Positions 8,776 through 18,193 of a stretch of 64,000 bases of DNA are shown piece by piece (within the stretch, counting starts at the first letter, position 1; the number at the start of each line of letters is the position of its first letter). Under the pieces are notes generated by a model. That model had not been told where the DNA came from, did no database searches, and saw only the letters and a list, made by a program, of their open reading frames with translations. Origin of the DNA: Deferrisomatales bacterium (GTDB lineage: Bacteria; Desulfobacterota; Deferrisomatia; Deferrisomatales; JACRMM01). The position numbers were made by a program, and so were the translations under genes. The stretch spans positions 57,243-121,242 of the forward strand of contig JAWSUI010000004.1 in the NCBI GenBank assembly GCA_033551855.1, read 5' to 3'.

Positions 8776-10752
8776 CTACACGCCGGGCTCCTCCAGGTCG
8801 AGGCGGATGGGTGACTTCTCGCTGTAGGTCACCTGGAAGTCCTCGCGGAGCGACTCCACCTCGCCGAAGTGGGTGGAGAACTCCAGCTTGTAGGCCAGGA
8901 GCCACATCATGTAGACGCCGATCAGCCACCAGACGATCTGCCACAGCCAAAGCGGCGCCATGCCGAAGGGCCAGTTGCTCGGGTCGGCCGCGTTCCAGAA
9001 GAAGAAGTTGTTTCCGAGCACCGCGCCCGGGCCGATCGCGAAGAAGAACCACCCGATGGTGACGACCCACGCCCAGGGCTTGAGCTTCTCCTTCTCGGGC
9101 GGGAGCCGGGTAAGGGACCGGAGCCAGGTGTGGTAGCTCATGCGCCGGTCGTACTCCTTCTTGTCGGGCTGGGTGAGCGCGCTGACGATCACCGCCACCC
9201 CGACGTTGAAGAAGACGCCCCAGCCGGCGCAGTGGATGGTGAGGGGGTAGTGGCCGAACCCGAGGGAGTCGCGGAAGGCCTTGAACCACGCGTACCCGAA
9301 GGGGTAGGTGATGGTCACGGCGAGGAGACCCGCCACCAGGCCCCAGGTGACGCCCTGGCGGGTGAGCCAGGGGAAGTAGAGGACGCCCGCGAGCGGGATC
9401 CACATCATGGTGCCGTAGGAGACCGCGAGCCCCCCGAGCATGACGAGCGCGTCGGTGGAGAAGGTCGCCACCAGGAGCGCCATGATCGTCACGCCCGCCA
9501 CCCACACGCGGCCCATCACCTTCTGCTGCCGCGCCGTGGCGTTGGGGTTGATGTGGCGCAGGTAGATGTCGCGGGTGATCATGCCCGCGGCGGTGGACAT
9601 GTAGGCCGCGCCCGTGGACTGCATGGCCGCCAGGGCGCACACGGCGAGTATGCCGACGAGCACGGGCCAGGCCTCCGCCAGGAGGTCGATCAGCGCCGGG
9701 ACGATGGCCGCCTGCTTGCCGCCGCCCAGGAGCTCGGGGGCGAAGACCCCTTGCTTGATCAGGACCCAGCCGCCAAGGCCCTGGAGGGCCGTGAAGACGA
9801 ACAGGCAAAGGCCCACGCCGAAGGAGCTCGCCCACACCTGCTGGGGCGCAAACGGCCGGGGGTTGGTGTTGGAGAAGCCCCACATGGTGAACGCCGGGGA
9901 GGACTGGATGCCCATCAGCGCCCACATGTAGGTGAGGATCATTACGCCCGTCCAGATCCCGCCCTGGGCCATGGCGGCCGAGGGCACCCACTGGATCGCC
10001 CCCGGTATGGCCACCAGGAGGTGGTTGCCTGCGGCCGAGAGGACCGGCGCCCCGTACAGGTTGGTGCCCCGGGCGATGTCTTCACTGATCATGGCGTTGA
10101 AGATCGAGGTGAACTCGCCCCAACCTCCGACCTTGACGATGGCGACGATCCCGAGGGCGATGATGCCGCCCATGAGGAGGATGCACTGGGCCGTGTCCAC
10201 GTAGGCCACGGAGCGCAGCCCCCCGAGGGCCACGTAGAGGAGCACCACCAGGGAGAGCGCCCACATGCCGAACTCGGTGGGCACCAGCCCGTGGCTCAGC
10301 ACGTTGAAGAGCACGCCCGAGGCGCGAAGCTGCAGGCCCAGGTAGGGCACCGAGAAGAAGAGCGCCACGACCACCGTGAGCGCCCGCATGGCCTCGCTGC
10401 TGTAGTAGTCGGAGTACATCTCGCCGGGCGTGATGTAGCCGTAGCGCTTGCCCATCATCCAGACGCGCTTGAGGAACATGGTGCCCGTAAAAGGAATCGT
10501 GACGACGTAGAACGACGCGAACGCGTACTGGAGCCCCTCGCGCCAGACGAGGGCGGGGTGGCCGACGAAGGTCCACCCGGAGAACGACGTGGCGGTGGCC
10601 GCGAGCACGAAGACCCACATCGGGATCTGGCGGCCGGCGATGAAGTAGTCCGAGGCGGTCTTGGCCTTGAAGTAGCCCTTGACCCCCCAGAAGAGGCAGT
10701 AGGCCCAGTAGATGGCCACGAAGACGAACAACCAGAGTACGCTTCTTTCCAT
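8776..10752 (-). CDS. Sodium:solute symporter (SSS) family protein with a C-terminal two-TM extension
   Basis: DYFIAGR, ATSFSGWTFVGHP, GGLRSVAYVD, AAMQST motifs; RBS GAGGAGG. Confidence 0.92.
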   Translation of the reverse strand: MERSVLWLFVFVAIYWAYCLFWGVKGYFKAKTASDYFIAGRQIPMWVFVLAATATSFSGWTFVGHPALVWREGLQYAFASFYVVTIPFTGTMFLKRVWMMGKRYGYITPGEMYSDYYSSEAMRALTVVVALFFSVPYLGLQLRASGVLFNVLSHGLVPTEFGMWALSLVVLLYVALGGLRSVAYVDTAQCILLMGGIIALGIVAIVKVGGWGEFTSIFNAMISEDIARGTNLYGAPVLSAAGNHLLVAIPGAIQWVPSAAMAQGGIWTGVMILTYMWALMGIQSSPAFTMWGFSNTNPRPFAPQQVWASSFGVGLCLFVFTALQGLGGWVLIKQGVFAPELLGGGKQAAIVPALIDLLAEAWPVLVGILAVCALAAMQSTGAAYMSTAAGMITRDIYLRHINPNATARQQKVMGRVWVAGVTIMALLVATFSTDALVMLGGLAVSYGTMMWIPLAGVLYFPWLTRQGVTWGLVAGLLAVTITYPFGYAWFKAFRDSLGFGHYPLTIHCAGWGVFFNVGVAVIVSALTQPDKKEYDRRMSYHTWLRSLTRLPPEKEKLKPWAWVVTIGWFFFAIGPGAVLGNNFFFWNAADPSNWPFGMAPLWLWQIVWWLIGVYMMWLLAYKLEFSTHFGEVESLREDFQVTYSEKSPIRLDLEEPGV

Positions 10753-11143
10753 GGGTGGTTTCCCTCCTCAAGAAGCCGATGATTCCGGGGAGAGCCGTTT
10801 TGGACCGGCTCTCGTGCGATCTCCACCGTTCGGCAACCTCTCTCACCTCCTCTCGCTCGATGGTCTGCGGCGCCGACGTCCCAACCGGCGTGATGGCTCC
10901 CGAGCCGGCCGGAATCTCCTTCCAGTGCGGTCTCACCTCCTTCCTGGACCAACGATTGTCGGCGCACGGTGGCGCACTTTATAACATCATTTCAAAGATC
11001 ACAAGCCCGAGAATCGATTTATTCGGCCGCCTATCGAAGTACGTGTGCGTAGTATTATGGTACATAGATGCTGTTACCACTAGTACATGCATAAGCGCAT
11101 TTTAGTACCCAGGATAGCGCGGTGCTCCCCGCAGGACCGCCCC

Positions 11144-11172
11144 TTGACATGCCTTCCGGGCGCACGTAGCTT
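11144..11172 (+). promoter_or_regulatory. sigma70-like promoter for the TPR gene
   Basis: TTGACA-N17-TAGCTT. Confidence 0.55.
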
Positions 11173-11286
11173 ACCCGTCTGCGTCGGGCATCCCCCTGCG
11201 CCGTTTCCGCGATCGGAGCCGCTGCCCCGCCTCGAAACTCGGCGAGGGGGAGCACCCGTCGGGAGCGCTCTCACCGAGGAGAACCA

Positions 11287-11787
11287 ATGGTCAGAATGTT
11301 CGGGACGCTTGGCGCCTGGCTCGCCGTCGCAGGGGCGACCCTCCTCCTGGCGGGCTGCCCGCCCCGACTGGAGGAGGGAGAGCGGCTCGTCAAGGACGGC
11401 AACGAGTACTTCAAGGCCGGGAGTTACCAGCGGGCGGACGATGCGTACACCCGGGCCCTGGAGCTCCGGCCCGGGGAAGCGGGGGTGTGGGTGAACCGGG
11501 GAAACACGAGGATGATGATGGGCAACCCGGATGGGGCCCTGGCGGACTACGAGGCGGCCCTCGCTCTCGATCCGGGCTTTGCGCAAGCCTGGGCGAACCG
11601 GGGAATCCTCCGGGACGAGCTGGGTGACGCCGAGGGGGCGATGGAGGACTACCGGAAGGCCTTGGAGCTCGACCCCAAGCTGGGGAAGCCGCCGAGCATC
11701 TGGCGGCGGATCGTGTACAACCCGCCGCTGGAGACCATCAAGACCCGGCTGGAGTACCTGGAGGCATTGAAACGGAGCCGGCGCTGA
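11287..11787 (+). CDS. TPR-repeat lipoprotein
   Basis: Lipobox LLAGC; three TPR motifs (e.g. AWANRGILRDELGDAEGAMEDYRKALELDP). Confidence 0.88.
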   Translation: MVRMFGTLGAWLAVAGATLLLAGCPPRLEEGERLVKDGNEYFKAGSYQRADDAYTRALELRPGEAGVWVNRGNTRMMMGNPDGALADYEAALALDPGFAQAWANRGILRDELGDAEGAMEDYRKALELDPKLGKPPSIWRRIVYNPPLETIKTRLEYLEALKRSRR

Positions 11788-11803
11788 CTGCGGGGAAGGG
11801 ACG

Positions 11804-11962
11804 TCAGGAGCCCCTCAGCCAGATCAGCGCGAAGAGGAAGGCGCCCTGGAGGATGAGGATGATCCCCAGGACCCTCAGCAGGCGGTTGCCGCCTTTCGCC
11901 GACAGCAGGAATACGACTCCTGTCAGGGCGAAGATCGCAGCCAGAGTCTGAACCGCTCCCAT
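11804..11962 (-). CDS. Small two-TM membrane protein (52 aa), absent from the ORF track
   Basis: MGAVQTLAAIFALTGVVFLLSAKGGNRLLRVLGIILILQGAFLFALIWLRGS*; RBS GGAGGAGAGGAG. Confidence 0.7.
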   Translation of the reverse strand: MGAVQTLAAIFALTGVVFLLSAKGGNRLLRVLGIILILQGAFLFALIWLRGS

Positions 11963-11983
11963 CGCGTGCTCCTCTCCTCCCGG

Positions 11984-12340
11984 TCAGGGCCCTGGTCGGG
12001 GGTAGTTCCAGATCAGGGCCAGGAGCACCACCGCCACCAAGAACAGGACGAGCATCAGCGCCCGCAGGACGACCGCGAGCCGGCGCCCCACGGGCACGGA
12101 GACTTCGCCGTCCGCGGCCTTGCAGGCCGGGCACAGGTACTTGCGGCCGAACAGCCGCCACAGGCTGTAGACGAGGCCGGGGACGAGAAAGGCGATCCAG
12201 AACACTCCCTCCAGCCAGGTCTTCCCAGGGGCGTATGGCTCCGCAGGCCCTTCGTAGCTGCAGCGGCGGCATCGCACGATGACGTCGGGCAGGAGGAGGG
12301 GCGCCTCCTCCTGCTGCGGATCCTGGGGGGGTGTGCTCAC
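11984..12340 (-). CDS. Membrane protein with a split CxxC...CxxC zinc ribbon
   Basis: CRRC, hydrophobic segment, CPAC, then a C-terminal TM; RBS GAGGAG. Confidence 0.75.
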   Translation of the reverse strand: MSTPPQDPQQEEAPLLLPDVIVRCRRCSYEGPAEPYAPGKTWLEGVFWIAFLVPGLVYSLWRLFGRKYLCPACKAADGEVSVPVGRRLAVVLRALMLVLFLVAVVLLALIWNYPRPGP

Positions 12341-12429
12341 GATGTCTCCTCGAAGGATGGATGCATCCCTGTGCCGTGGTGCGCCGGGGCGTACCGGGTT
12401 GTCTGTGCGGCGGCCCCTCGCCGCACCCC

Positions 12430-13092
12430 TCAGTGGGCTCCGGCGGTCAGCTCCCGGATGGAGAAGGCGGTCAGGGCTCCCACGTTGTGGATGTTCAGCT
12501 TCCTCATGATGTTCGACTTGTGCTTGTCGGCCGTGCGGGAGCTGATTCCCAGGCGGTCGCCGATCTCGCGGCTGGTCAGTCCTTCGGCCACCAGAGCCAG
12601 GAGCTCCCGCTCCCGGTGCGTCAATTCCCGGAGGGGGGCCGGGACCCCCGGGAGCTCACTCTCGGCGGCGAGGTAGACCTCGAGCACTCGGGCCGTCACC
12701 TCGGGCCCGAGGTACGGAGACCCCCGGGCAGCCCGAACGACGGCCATCCGGATCTCGTCGGGATCGGCCTGTTTGAGCACGTAGCCGTCCGCTCCGGCCC
12801 GGAAGGCGGCCCGGACGCTCTTGTCGTCGAACTCCTCGGTGAGGATCAGGACCCGCGTCTCGGTCCTCCGGTCCTTGATCTGTCGGGTCGCTTCGTTCCC
12901 ATCCATGTCCGACAGCTCGGTTTCCACGAGAGCCACGTCCGGTCCCAGGTCCTCCACCAGTCGGATCCCCTCTTCCCCGGTCGCGGCCTGCCCGACCACC
13001 TCGATCTCCGGGTGGGCATCCAGCAAGATGCTCAGCGCCTCCCGGATCATGCCCCGGGGGTCGACGATGATGATCCGATGTGCGAGCGCCAA
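12430..13092 (-). CDS. NarL/LuxR-family response regulator (atypical receiver)
   Basis: REC fold plus LuxR HTH LTHRERELLALVAEGLTSREIGDRLGISSRTADKHKSNIMRKL; TTG start after GGGGAGG. Confidence 0.9.
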   Translation of the reverse strand: MALAHRIIIVDPRGMIREALSILLDAHPEIEVVGQAATGEEGIRLVEDLGPDVALVETELSDMDGNEATRQIKDRRTETRVLILTEEFDDKSVRAAFRAGADGYVLKQADPDEIRMAVVRAARGSPYLGPEVTARVLEVYLAAESELPGVPAPLRELTHRERELLALVAEGLTSREIGDRLGISSRTADKHKSNIMRKLNIHNVGALTAFSIRELTAGAH

Positions 13093-13330
13093 GCGCGACC
13101 CTCCCCTGCCACCCGTCCGGTCTTCTGCGTGTCCCGCTCTGGATACAAGCTTCACGGCGTGGCGTCAAGCGGCGATCTGCCTCGATCAGCCGCGTGTGGG
13201 TTGCGAACGCGTTCGCACAGGGAAGCCAGGGGTGGGGTCGCGGTCCTTGCGACGGCTGTCGCACGCCGGCGGCGGGCTGGGGGTGCCTCCGGACGTCTCG
13301 GGGGCGCTTCCGCTGGGGGCCCGGAACGGT

Positions 13331-14050
13331 TCAGCGGAGAGATTCGTCCACCAACCTCCGCAGAAAGTCGCGCAGGAGGTGCAGGTCTGCGAGGCTCAGG
13401 TCGAGGAACTGCAAGCCGACGCCGGGGGGGAGATTGGACTTCAGGAGGTATTCCGGGTGGTTCGCCCAGGCCACGCGGGCAGAGCAGCGCAACGGTTCCC
13501 CTCGGTCGGGGAGGTTGATCGACAGGGAGAGCGGGGTGCCGACCTCGAGGGGCTGGGTGGTCTCCAGGAAGAGCCCCCCCGTGCTGATGTTCACGGAGTA
13601 ATTGGTCAACTTCTGCCGGCCCTCCCGGGAGGTGTACGAGATCTCCAGCCGCGCGGGGTAGCGCAGGGCCGGGAAGTCGCCGGCATTCCGAGGTCTGCCG
13701 ATCACCTCCGCGAGCTTCGTTGGGGTGACGGGCTGGAACACCACGTCGTCACACCCCGCCGCGCGACAGCGCTCGAGGTCACCGGGCCGTCCGGGCTCGA
13801 CGACCACGACCACGGGGGTGGAGGCGAGCTCCGGGGTTCCTTTGACCTTGCGGCAAATCTCCTCCCCGTCCATGTCCGGCATGGAGAGCTCGGTCAGGAT
13901 GACGTCCGGCTTGTGCGTGCAGGCGAGGTCGACCAGCTCGCTGCCCGTCGAGGCCTCGATCAGCTCATAATCTTCCTGGAGCAGGCTCTTGTCGTCGAAG
14001 AGGCGCCCGAGGGCCAGGTCCTTCATGCACAACACCTGATTCCGTTTCAT
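13331..14050 (-). CDS. Receiver-like domain plus PilZ domain protein (TIGR02266-like)
   Basis: PDVILTELSMPDMDG receiver; C-terminal NISTGGLFLET...ARVAW...GVGLQF PilZ motifs. Confidence 0.85.
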   Translation of the reverse strand: MKRNQVLCMKDLALGRLFDDKSLLQEDYELIEASTGSELVDLACTHKPDVILTELSMPDMDGEEICRKVKGTPELASTPVVVVVEPGRPGDLERCRAAGCDDVVFQPVTPTKLAEVIGRPRNAGDFPALRYPARLEISYTSREGRQKLTNYSVNISTGGLFLETTQPLEVGTPLSLSINLPDRGEPLRCSARVAWANHPEYLLKSNLPPGVGLQFLDLSLADLHLLRDFLRRLVDESLR

Positions 14051-14139
14051 CGATGGACGCCCCTGTGGTGGTAGTGGCCGTTCTGATCCGCGGCTCTATC
14101 CGTATCGGCACGTTCCACGGGCTACCTTACAAGAAAATT

Positions 14140-14348
14140 GGATCATCCGGGGAATGACCGGGCGCTCGTGTCCAGGGACGATCGGGGCGGCCCGACCACG
14201 TAGGCGGACGGCCGCTCGACGTGAACAGCCCCTTCGGGAGTCGCGATGCCGCGAGGATTCCGGATGCGGCCGGGGAGAACACCTGCCGTGCAGCCCGGCA
14301 TCGTCTGCCGGGGTGGGCGGGCCCACCCGGTCGTCTGCCGGAAGAACC
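14140..14348 (+). mobile_element. Repeat family A, 209-bp MITE-like element
   Basis: Near-identical inverted copy at 57540-57748; ~24-bp imperfect terminal inverted repeats. Confidence 0.75.
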
Positions 14349-14568
14349 AGGAAATTGCCTGGCGCCCCGCGTCGCGCGCTGCCCGGAAGCACCCCGGCCG
14401 CACGGGATCCGCGTGTGTTCTCGGGTACTTCTCGCCCCTGCCGCGCCTCCTGGCCGGCGGCGAAGGCCAAGGAGGACGGAACCCCCCGCCTCCCATGGGT
14501 TGCCGACTTCCTCGGGGGGTCGGATACTTCGCACCTCCACGGAAGCCTGCCGACTGGGAGGAAGGGAC

Positions 14569-15951
14569 GTGAACGTGCGCTTTCTGGGGGCGGCCGGAAC
14601 GGTGACGGGAAGCTGCTCCCACCTCAGTGCGGGGGGGCTGCAGCTTCTGGTGGACTGCGGCCTCCACCAGGGCCCGGGGGCCGACGAGGCAAACCGCACG
14701 CCGTTTGCGTTCCCGCCGCCGGCTCTCGACGTCGTCTTCCTCACCCACGCCCACATCGACCACTCGGGCCTCCTGCCCCGGCTCGTCCGGGAGGGGTTCC
14801 GAGGCAGGATTCTCGCCACCGCCGCTACCGCCGACCTCGTGGAGGTCATGCTCCGGGACTCCGCCCAGATCCAGGAAAAGGATGCCGAGTGGCTCACCCG
14901 TCGGGCACAAAGGGCCGGCGACGAAACCCGGCGCGAGCCCCTGTACACCCCGGCGGACGCGGAAGCCGTCGTTCCCCTCGTCCGAAGACAGCCCTACGGG
15001 CAGGTCACCCCGCTCGGCGGCGGTCTCGAGTGCCGCTTCCTGGACGCGGGGCACATCCTGGGGTCGGCGTCCCTCGAGCTCTGGTACCCGCACCAGCGGG
15101 GGAAGCGGAAGATGGTCTTCTCGGGGGACGTGGGCAAGCGCGACAACCCCATCGTCCGGAACCCCCAGACCGTGGACGCGGCCGACTACGTGGTGGTGGA
15201 GTCGACCTACGGCGACCGGCTCCACAAGGGCCTCGCCGAGAGCATCGACGAGCTGGCCGAGGCGGTGCGCGACACCGTGGCCCGCGGCGGCAACGTGCTC
15301 ATCCCCTCCTTTGCCGTAGGGCGGACCCAGGACGTCGTGTACCTGCTCAACCGCCTAGTCCGGGAGGGGCGGCTCCCCCGGTTCGACCTCTACGTGGACA
15401 GCCCCCTCGCCCAGGAGGCCACCCGGGTCTATCTCGCCCACCCGGAGGCCTTCGACGAGGAGGCGCAGGCGCTGCTGCGCCGGCGGACCACCCGGGGACT
15501 CCGGCTCCACTTCACGACCACGGTGCGGCAGTCCCAGGCGCTCAACCGGGTCCGTTCGGGGGCGGTCATCCTGGCGGGCAGTGGCATGTGCGAGGGGGGC
15601 CGGATCGGGCACCACCTGAAGCACAACCTCTGGCGCCCGGAGTGCAGTGTGATCTTCGTCGGCTACCAGGCCGAGGGCACTCTGGGCAGGAAGATCGTGG
15701 AGGGCGCCCCATTGGTGCAGATCCTCGGGGAGGACATCGCGGTCCGCGCCGAGGTGCACACCATCGGGGGGTTCTCCGCCCACGCCGACCGAGAGGAGCT
15801 CCTCGACTGGCTCGACGCCTTCACCACGAGCCCCGAGGTCTTCCTCGTGCACGGGGAGCCCAGGGCCGCGGCCGCCCTCGAGGACGCGATCCGCCGGCGC
15901 CTGGGGCTCGTCACGCAGCGTCCCGAGAGGGGGCAGGCGTTCGAGGTTTGA
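14569..15951 (+). CDS. MBL-fold beta-CASP RNA-processing nuclease
   Basis: GAAGTVTGS, LTHAHIDHSG, AGHILGS, ESTYGDR, FSAHAD motifs. Confidence 0.92.
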   Translation: MNVRFLGAAGTVTGSCSHLSAGGLQLLVDCGLHQGPGADEANRTPFAFPPPALDVVFLTHAHIDHSGLLPRLVREGFRGRILATAATADLVEVMLRDSAQIQEKDAEWLTRRAQRAGDETRREPLYTPADAEAVVPLVRRQPYGQVTPLGGGLECRFLDAGHILGSASLELWYPHQRGKRKMVFSGDVGKRDNPIVRNPQTVDAADYVVVESTYGDRLHKGLAESIDELAEAVRDTVARGGNVLIPSFAVGRTQDVVYLLNRLVREGRLPRFDLYVDSPLAQEATRVYLAHPEAFDEEAQALLRRRTTRGLRLHFTTTVRQSQALNRVRSGAVILAGSGMCEGGRIGHHLKHNLWRPECSVIFVGYQAEGTLGRKIVEGAPLVQILGEDIAVRAEVHTIGGFSAHADREELLDWLDAFTTSPEVFLVHGEPRAAAALEDAIRRRLGLVTQRPERGQAFEV

Positions 15952-16054
15952 CAGACAGGCGGGGGTGTGGGGTGCACCGGTTTTCGAGAAGGCAGGTCCT
16001 CAGCGGCGCAGGAAACGGTACGGGGCGCCGGGCAGAGGGAGGCGACGGGGGGCA

Positions 16055-16090
16055 GAAAAGAAAAAAGCACCCGGATTTCGGGCGCTTGCA
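16055..16090 (-). terminator. Intrinsic terminator downstream of selC
   Basis: Minus strand aagcgcccgaaatccgggtgctt followed by ttttcttttc. Confidence 0.75.
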
Positions 16091-16097
16091 AGTGCGA

Positions 16098-16195
16098 TGG
16101 CGGAGGTGTATGGGAATCGAACCCACCTACGACGCTGTTCACGCCGCACACCGGATTTGAAGTCCGGGAGAGCCACCAGTGCCCTAGACACCTCC
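16098..16195 (-). tRNA. selC: tRNA-Sec (anticodon UCA)
   Basis: 8-bp acceptor stem GGAGGTGT/ACACCTCC, anticodon loop CT-TCA-AA, long variable arm, GGTTCGATTCC, G-CCA end. Confidence 0.95.
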
Positions 16196-16202
16196 GCCGC
16201 GC

Positions 16203-16232
16203 ATTCTAGACGGCGGGTTCGCCGGGCGTCAA
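16203..16232 (-). promoter_or_regulatory. sigma70-like promoter of selC
   Basis: TTGACG-N18-TAGAAT just upstream of the tRNA. Confidence 0.7.
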
Positions 16233-16348
16233 TGCGTGGCAGAGCGAGACACGCCGTCCCTTGTGCGCTCCCCTTCCGGTTGAAGCCCATGCCGGGCCGG
16301 GGGTAGGCTGCCGGGGCACGATCGCGACCGTCGGGCGTCGAGGGAACG

Positions 16349-16972
16349 ATGCCGCCTTGGATGCAGGTTTTTCTGGGTTTTGCCGCCTACGCCGCCGTCC
16401 ACTCCGCCCTGCTCACCCGAGGGGCGCGGCGGGCGCTCGAGGCCGTCCTGGGGGCCCGGGCGTTCCAGGGGCTCTTCCGGGTCCTGTTCAACGTCCAGGC
16501 TGTCGCTCTGCTTGCCGCCTTTGCGGCCTGGGCCGTCTCGCTGCCGGACCGCGAGCTGCTCCGGGTGGGCGGGGCCGGCGCGGCCCTCTTGTGGGGCGTT
16601 CGCCTCGCCGCACTGGGGTTCATCGCCCGCTGCGCCTCGTCCCTCGGGGTGTCGGGGTTCCTGGGGCTCGACGACCTGCGGGCCTGGCGGGCGGGACGGC
16701 CGCCGCCTGGGGACGGAGTGGAGAGCGGCACCCTCGTCCTCGACGGCCCGTACCGCTGGGTGCGCCACCCCATGTACGCGGCGGGCTTCGTCGCCCTCTG
16801 GGCCGCACCCCGCTGGACGGCCAACGGTCTCGCCTTCGCCGTGGCGGCGAGCCTGTACCTGTGGATCGGCTCCCTCCACGAGGAGAGGCGGCTGGTGAGC
16901 TATTACGGGGAGGGCTACCGGCGGTACGCTCGGGAGACGCCCCGGTTCGTGCCCCGGTGGAAGGGTCGATGA
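16349..16972 (+). CDS. Isoprenylcysteine carboxylmethyltransferase/NnrU-like membrane methyltransferase
   Basis: GPYRWVRHPMY, EERRL...YGEGYRRY...PRF motifs; TM helices. Confidence 0.85.
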   Translation: MPPWMQVFLGFAAYAAVHSALLTRGARRALEAVLGARAFQGLFRVLFNVQAVALLAAFAAWAVSLPDRELLRVGGAGAALLWGVRLAALGFIARCASSLGVSGFLGLDDLRAWRAGRPPPGDGVESGTLVLDGPYRWVRHPMYAAGFVALWAAPRWTANGLAFAVAASLYLWIGSLHEERRLVSYYGEGYRRYARETPRFVPRWKGR

Positions 16973-17231
16973 CCCGGGGCGCCGCCGCTCGCCCCGCCCG
17001 CGAACCGGCCGGACGGAGGAGCCCGGCCCCCTGGAATCCGCTCGTCGCAGTGTCGCGGATCGAGAGGCGAAACGCAGGGGCTCCCGGACCCCGCTTGCCG
17101 AGCAGGCGGGGGATCCGGGGCCCCCCGGGCGCTTGACTTCACCTCCGCCTCTGATAGGCTGGCGCCCTCCGGGTGGGCCCCCGATCGCTGCGGGCTTTCG
17201 GCACCCGGCACATACCTCTTGGGGAGGGCAG

Positions 17232-17795
17232 ATGTTCAATTTCGCGGTGTACCGGAAGTTCGTGACCCTCAACAACGGGAAGAGGGTGCTCTTGCGGCCC
17301 TTGCTGGCCGAGGACCAACAGCGCCTCTTCGATCTCTTCGCCAGCGCCTCGGAGGAGGACACGAAGTTCCTCAAGGACGAAGTGAAGAAGCCCCAGATCG
17401 TGGAGCGCTGGATCGCCCACCTGGACTACGACCGGGTGATGCCCCTCGTGGCGTACTGCGACGAGCGGCTCGTGGGGGACGTGGCGCTGTATCGGGGCAC
17501 CAAGACCGTTCGCCACGTGGGCGAGATCCGCATCTTCCTGGCCTCGGATTTCCGCGGCGTGGGGCTGGGAAGCAAGATGCTCCAGGAGACCTTCGAGATC
17601 GCGAAGAAGGTCAATCTGCAGTTCCTCAAGGCCGAGGTGATCCTGGACCACGTGAAGGTGGTCAAGGCCTTCCGGCGGCTGGGGTTCGATCTCCGGTGCA
17701 CCCTGGACGACTACTTCCTGCGCCGGGACGGAGTTAGCCACGACATCGCCCTCATGATGAAGCGCCTGACGAAGCCCGAGGAGTACACGTTCTGA
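17232..17795 (+). CDS. GNAT family N-acetyltransferase
   Basis: FRGVGLGSKML acetyl-CoA motif; FRRLGF; RBS GGGAGG. Confidence 0.88.
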   Translation: MFNFAVYRKFVTLNNGKRVLLRPLLAEDQQRLFDLFASASEEDTKFLKDEVKKPQIVERWIAHLDYDRVMPLVAYCDERLVGDVALYRGTKTVRHVGEIRIFLASDFRGVGLGSKMLQETFEIAKKVNLQFLKAEVILDHVKVVKAFRRLGFDLRCTLDDYFLRRDGVSHDIALMMKRLTKPEEYTF

Positions 17796-17812
17796 CCCCG
17801 ACGGGACGCCCC

Positions 17813-18028
17813 GTGACCGAGGTGGCGATCCGCACCGATTTCATCCGGTTGGACCAGTTCCTCAAGCTCGCCGAGGCCGTCGCCGGGGGCGGGGAGGCCA
17901 AGGTGCGGGTGCAGGCGGGCGACGTCCAGGTCAACGGCGAGGTCGAGACCCGCCGGGGGAGAAAGCTCCGGCCGGGGGACGAGGTGGTCCTCGACGGCCG
18001 GCCCTTACGGGTGAGCCCGGGGCGCTGA
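17813..18028 (+). CDS. S4-domain RNA-binding protein (YbcJ/YaaA-like)
   Basis: IRLDQFLKLA...GGEAK...VNGEVETRRGRKLRPGD. Confidence 0.9.
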   Translation: MTEVAIRTDFIRLDQFLKLAEAVAGGGEAKVRVQAGDVQVNGEVETRRGRKLRPGDEVVLDGRPLRVSPGR

Positions 18029-18193
18029 CGGGCGTCGCCCGGAGGGCGTCACAGTGAAACTCGCCCCCTCCCGGGTCTCCCCAACGTCGCAGGACGGGGC
18101 TTGCCCCGCCGGACCCGGCGGGCAAACCGCGGGCCGCAGGAACCGGCCGCCCTACCCATCTAGCCTGCGGAGCCACCCGACGTCATGGGCGAC

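Noticed and set aside
8005..10772. DGR template/variable repeat pair
   Set aside because: Mismatches are not adenine-specific, the repeat is at the gene 5' end, and no reverse transcriptase is present
10752..10836. Selenocysteine read-through from the uORF into the SSS gene
   Set aside because: The UGA is part of the RBS, no SECIS-like hairpin or redox motif is evident, and in-frame phase has a 1-in-3 chance
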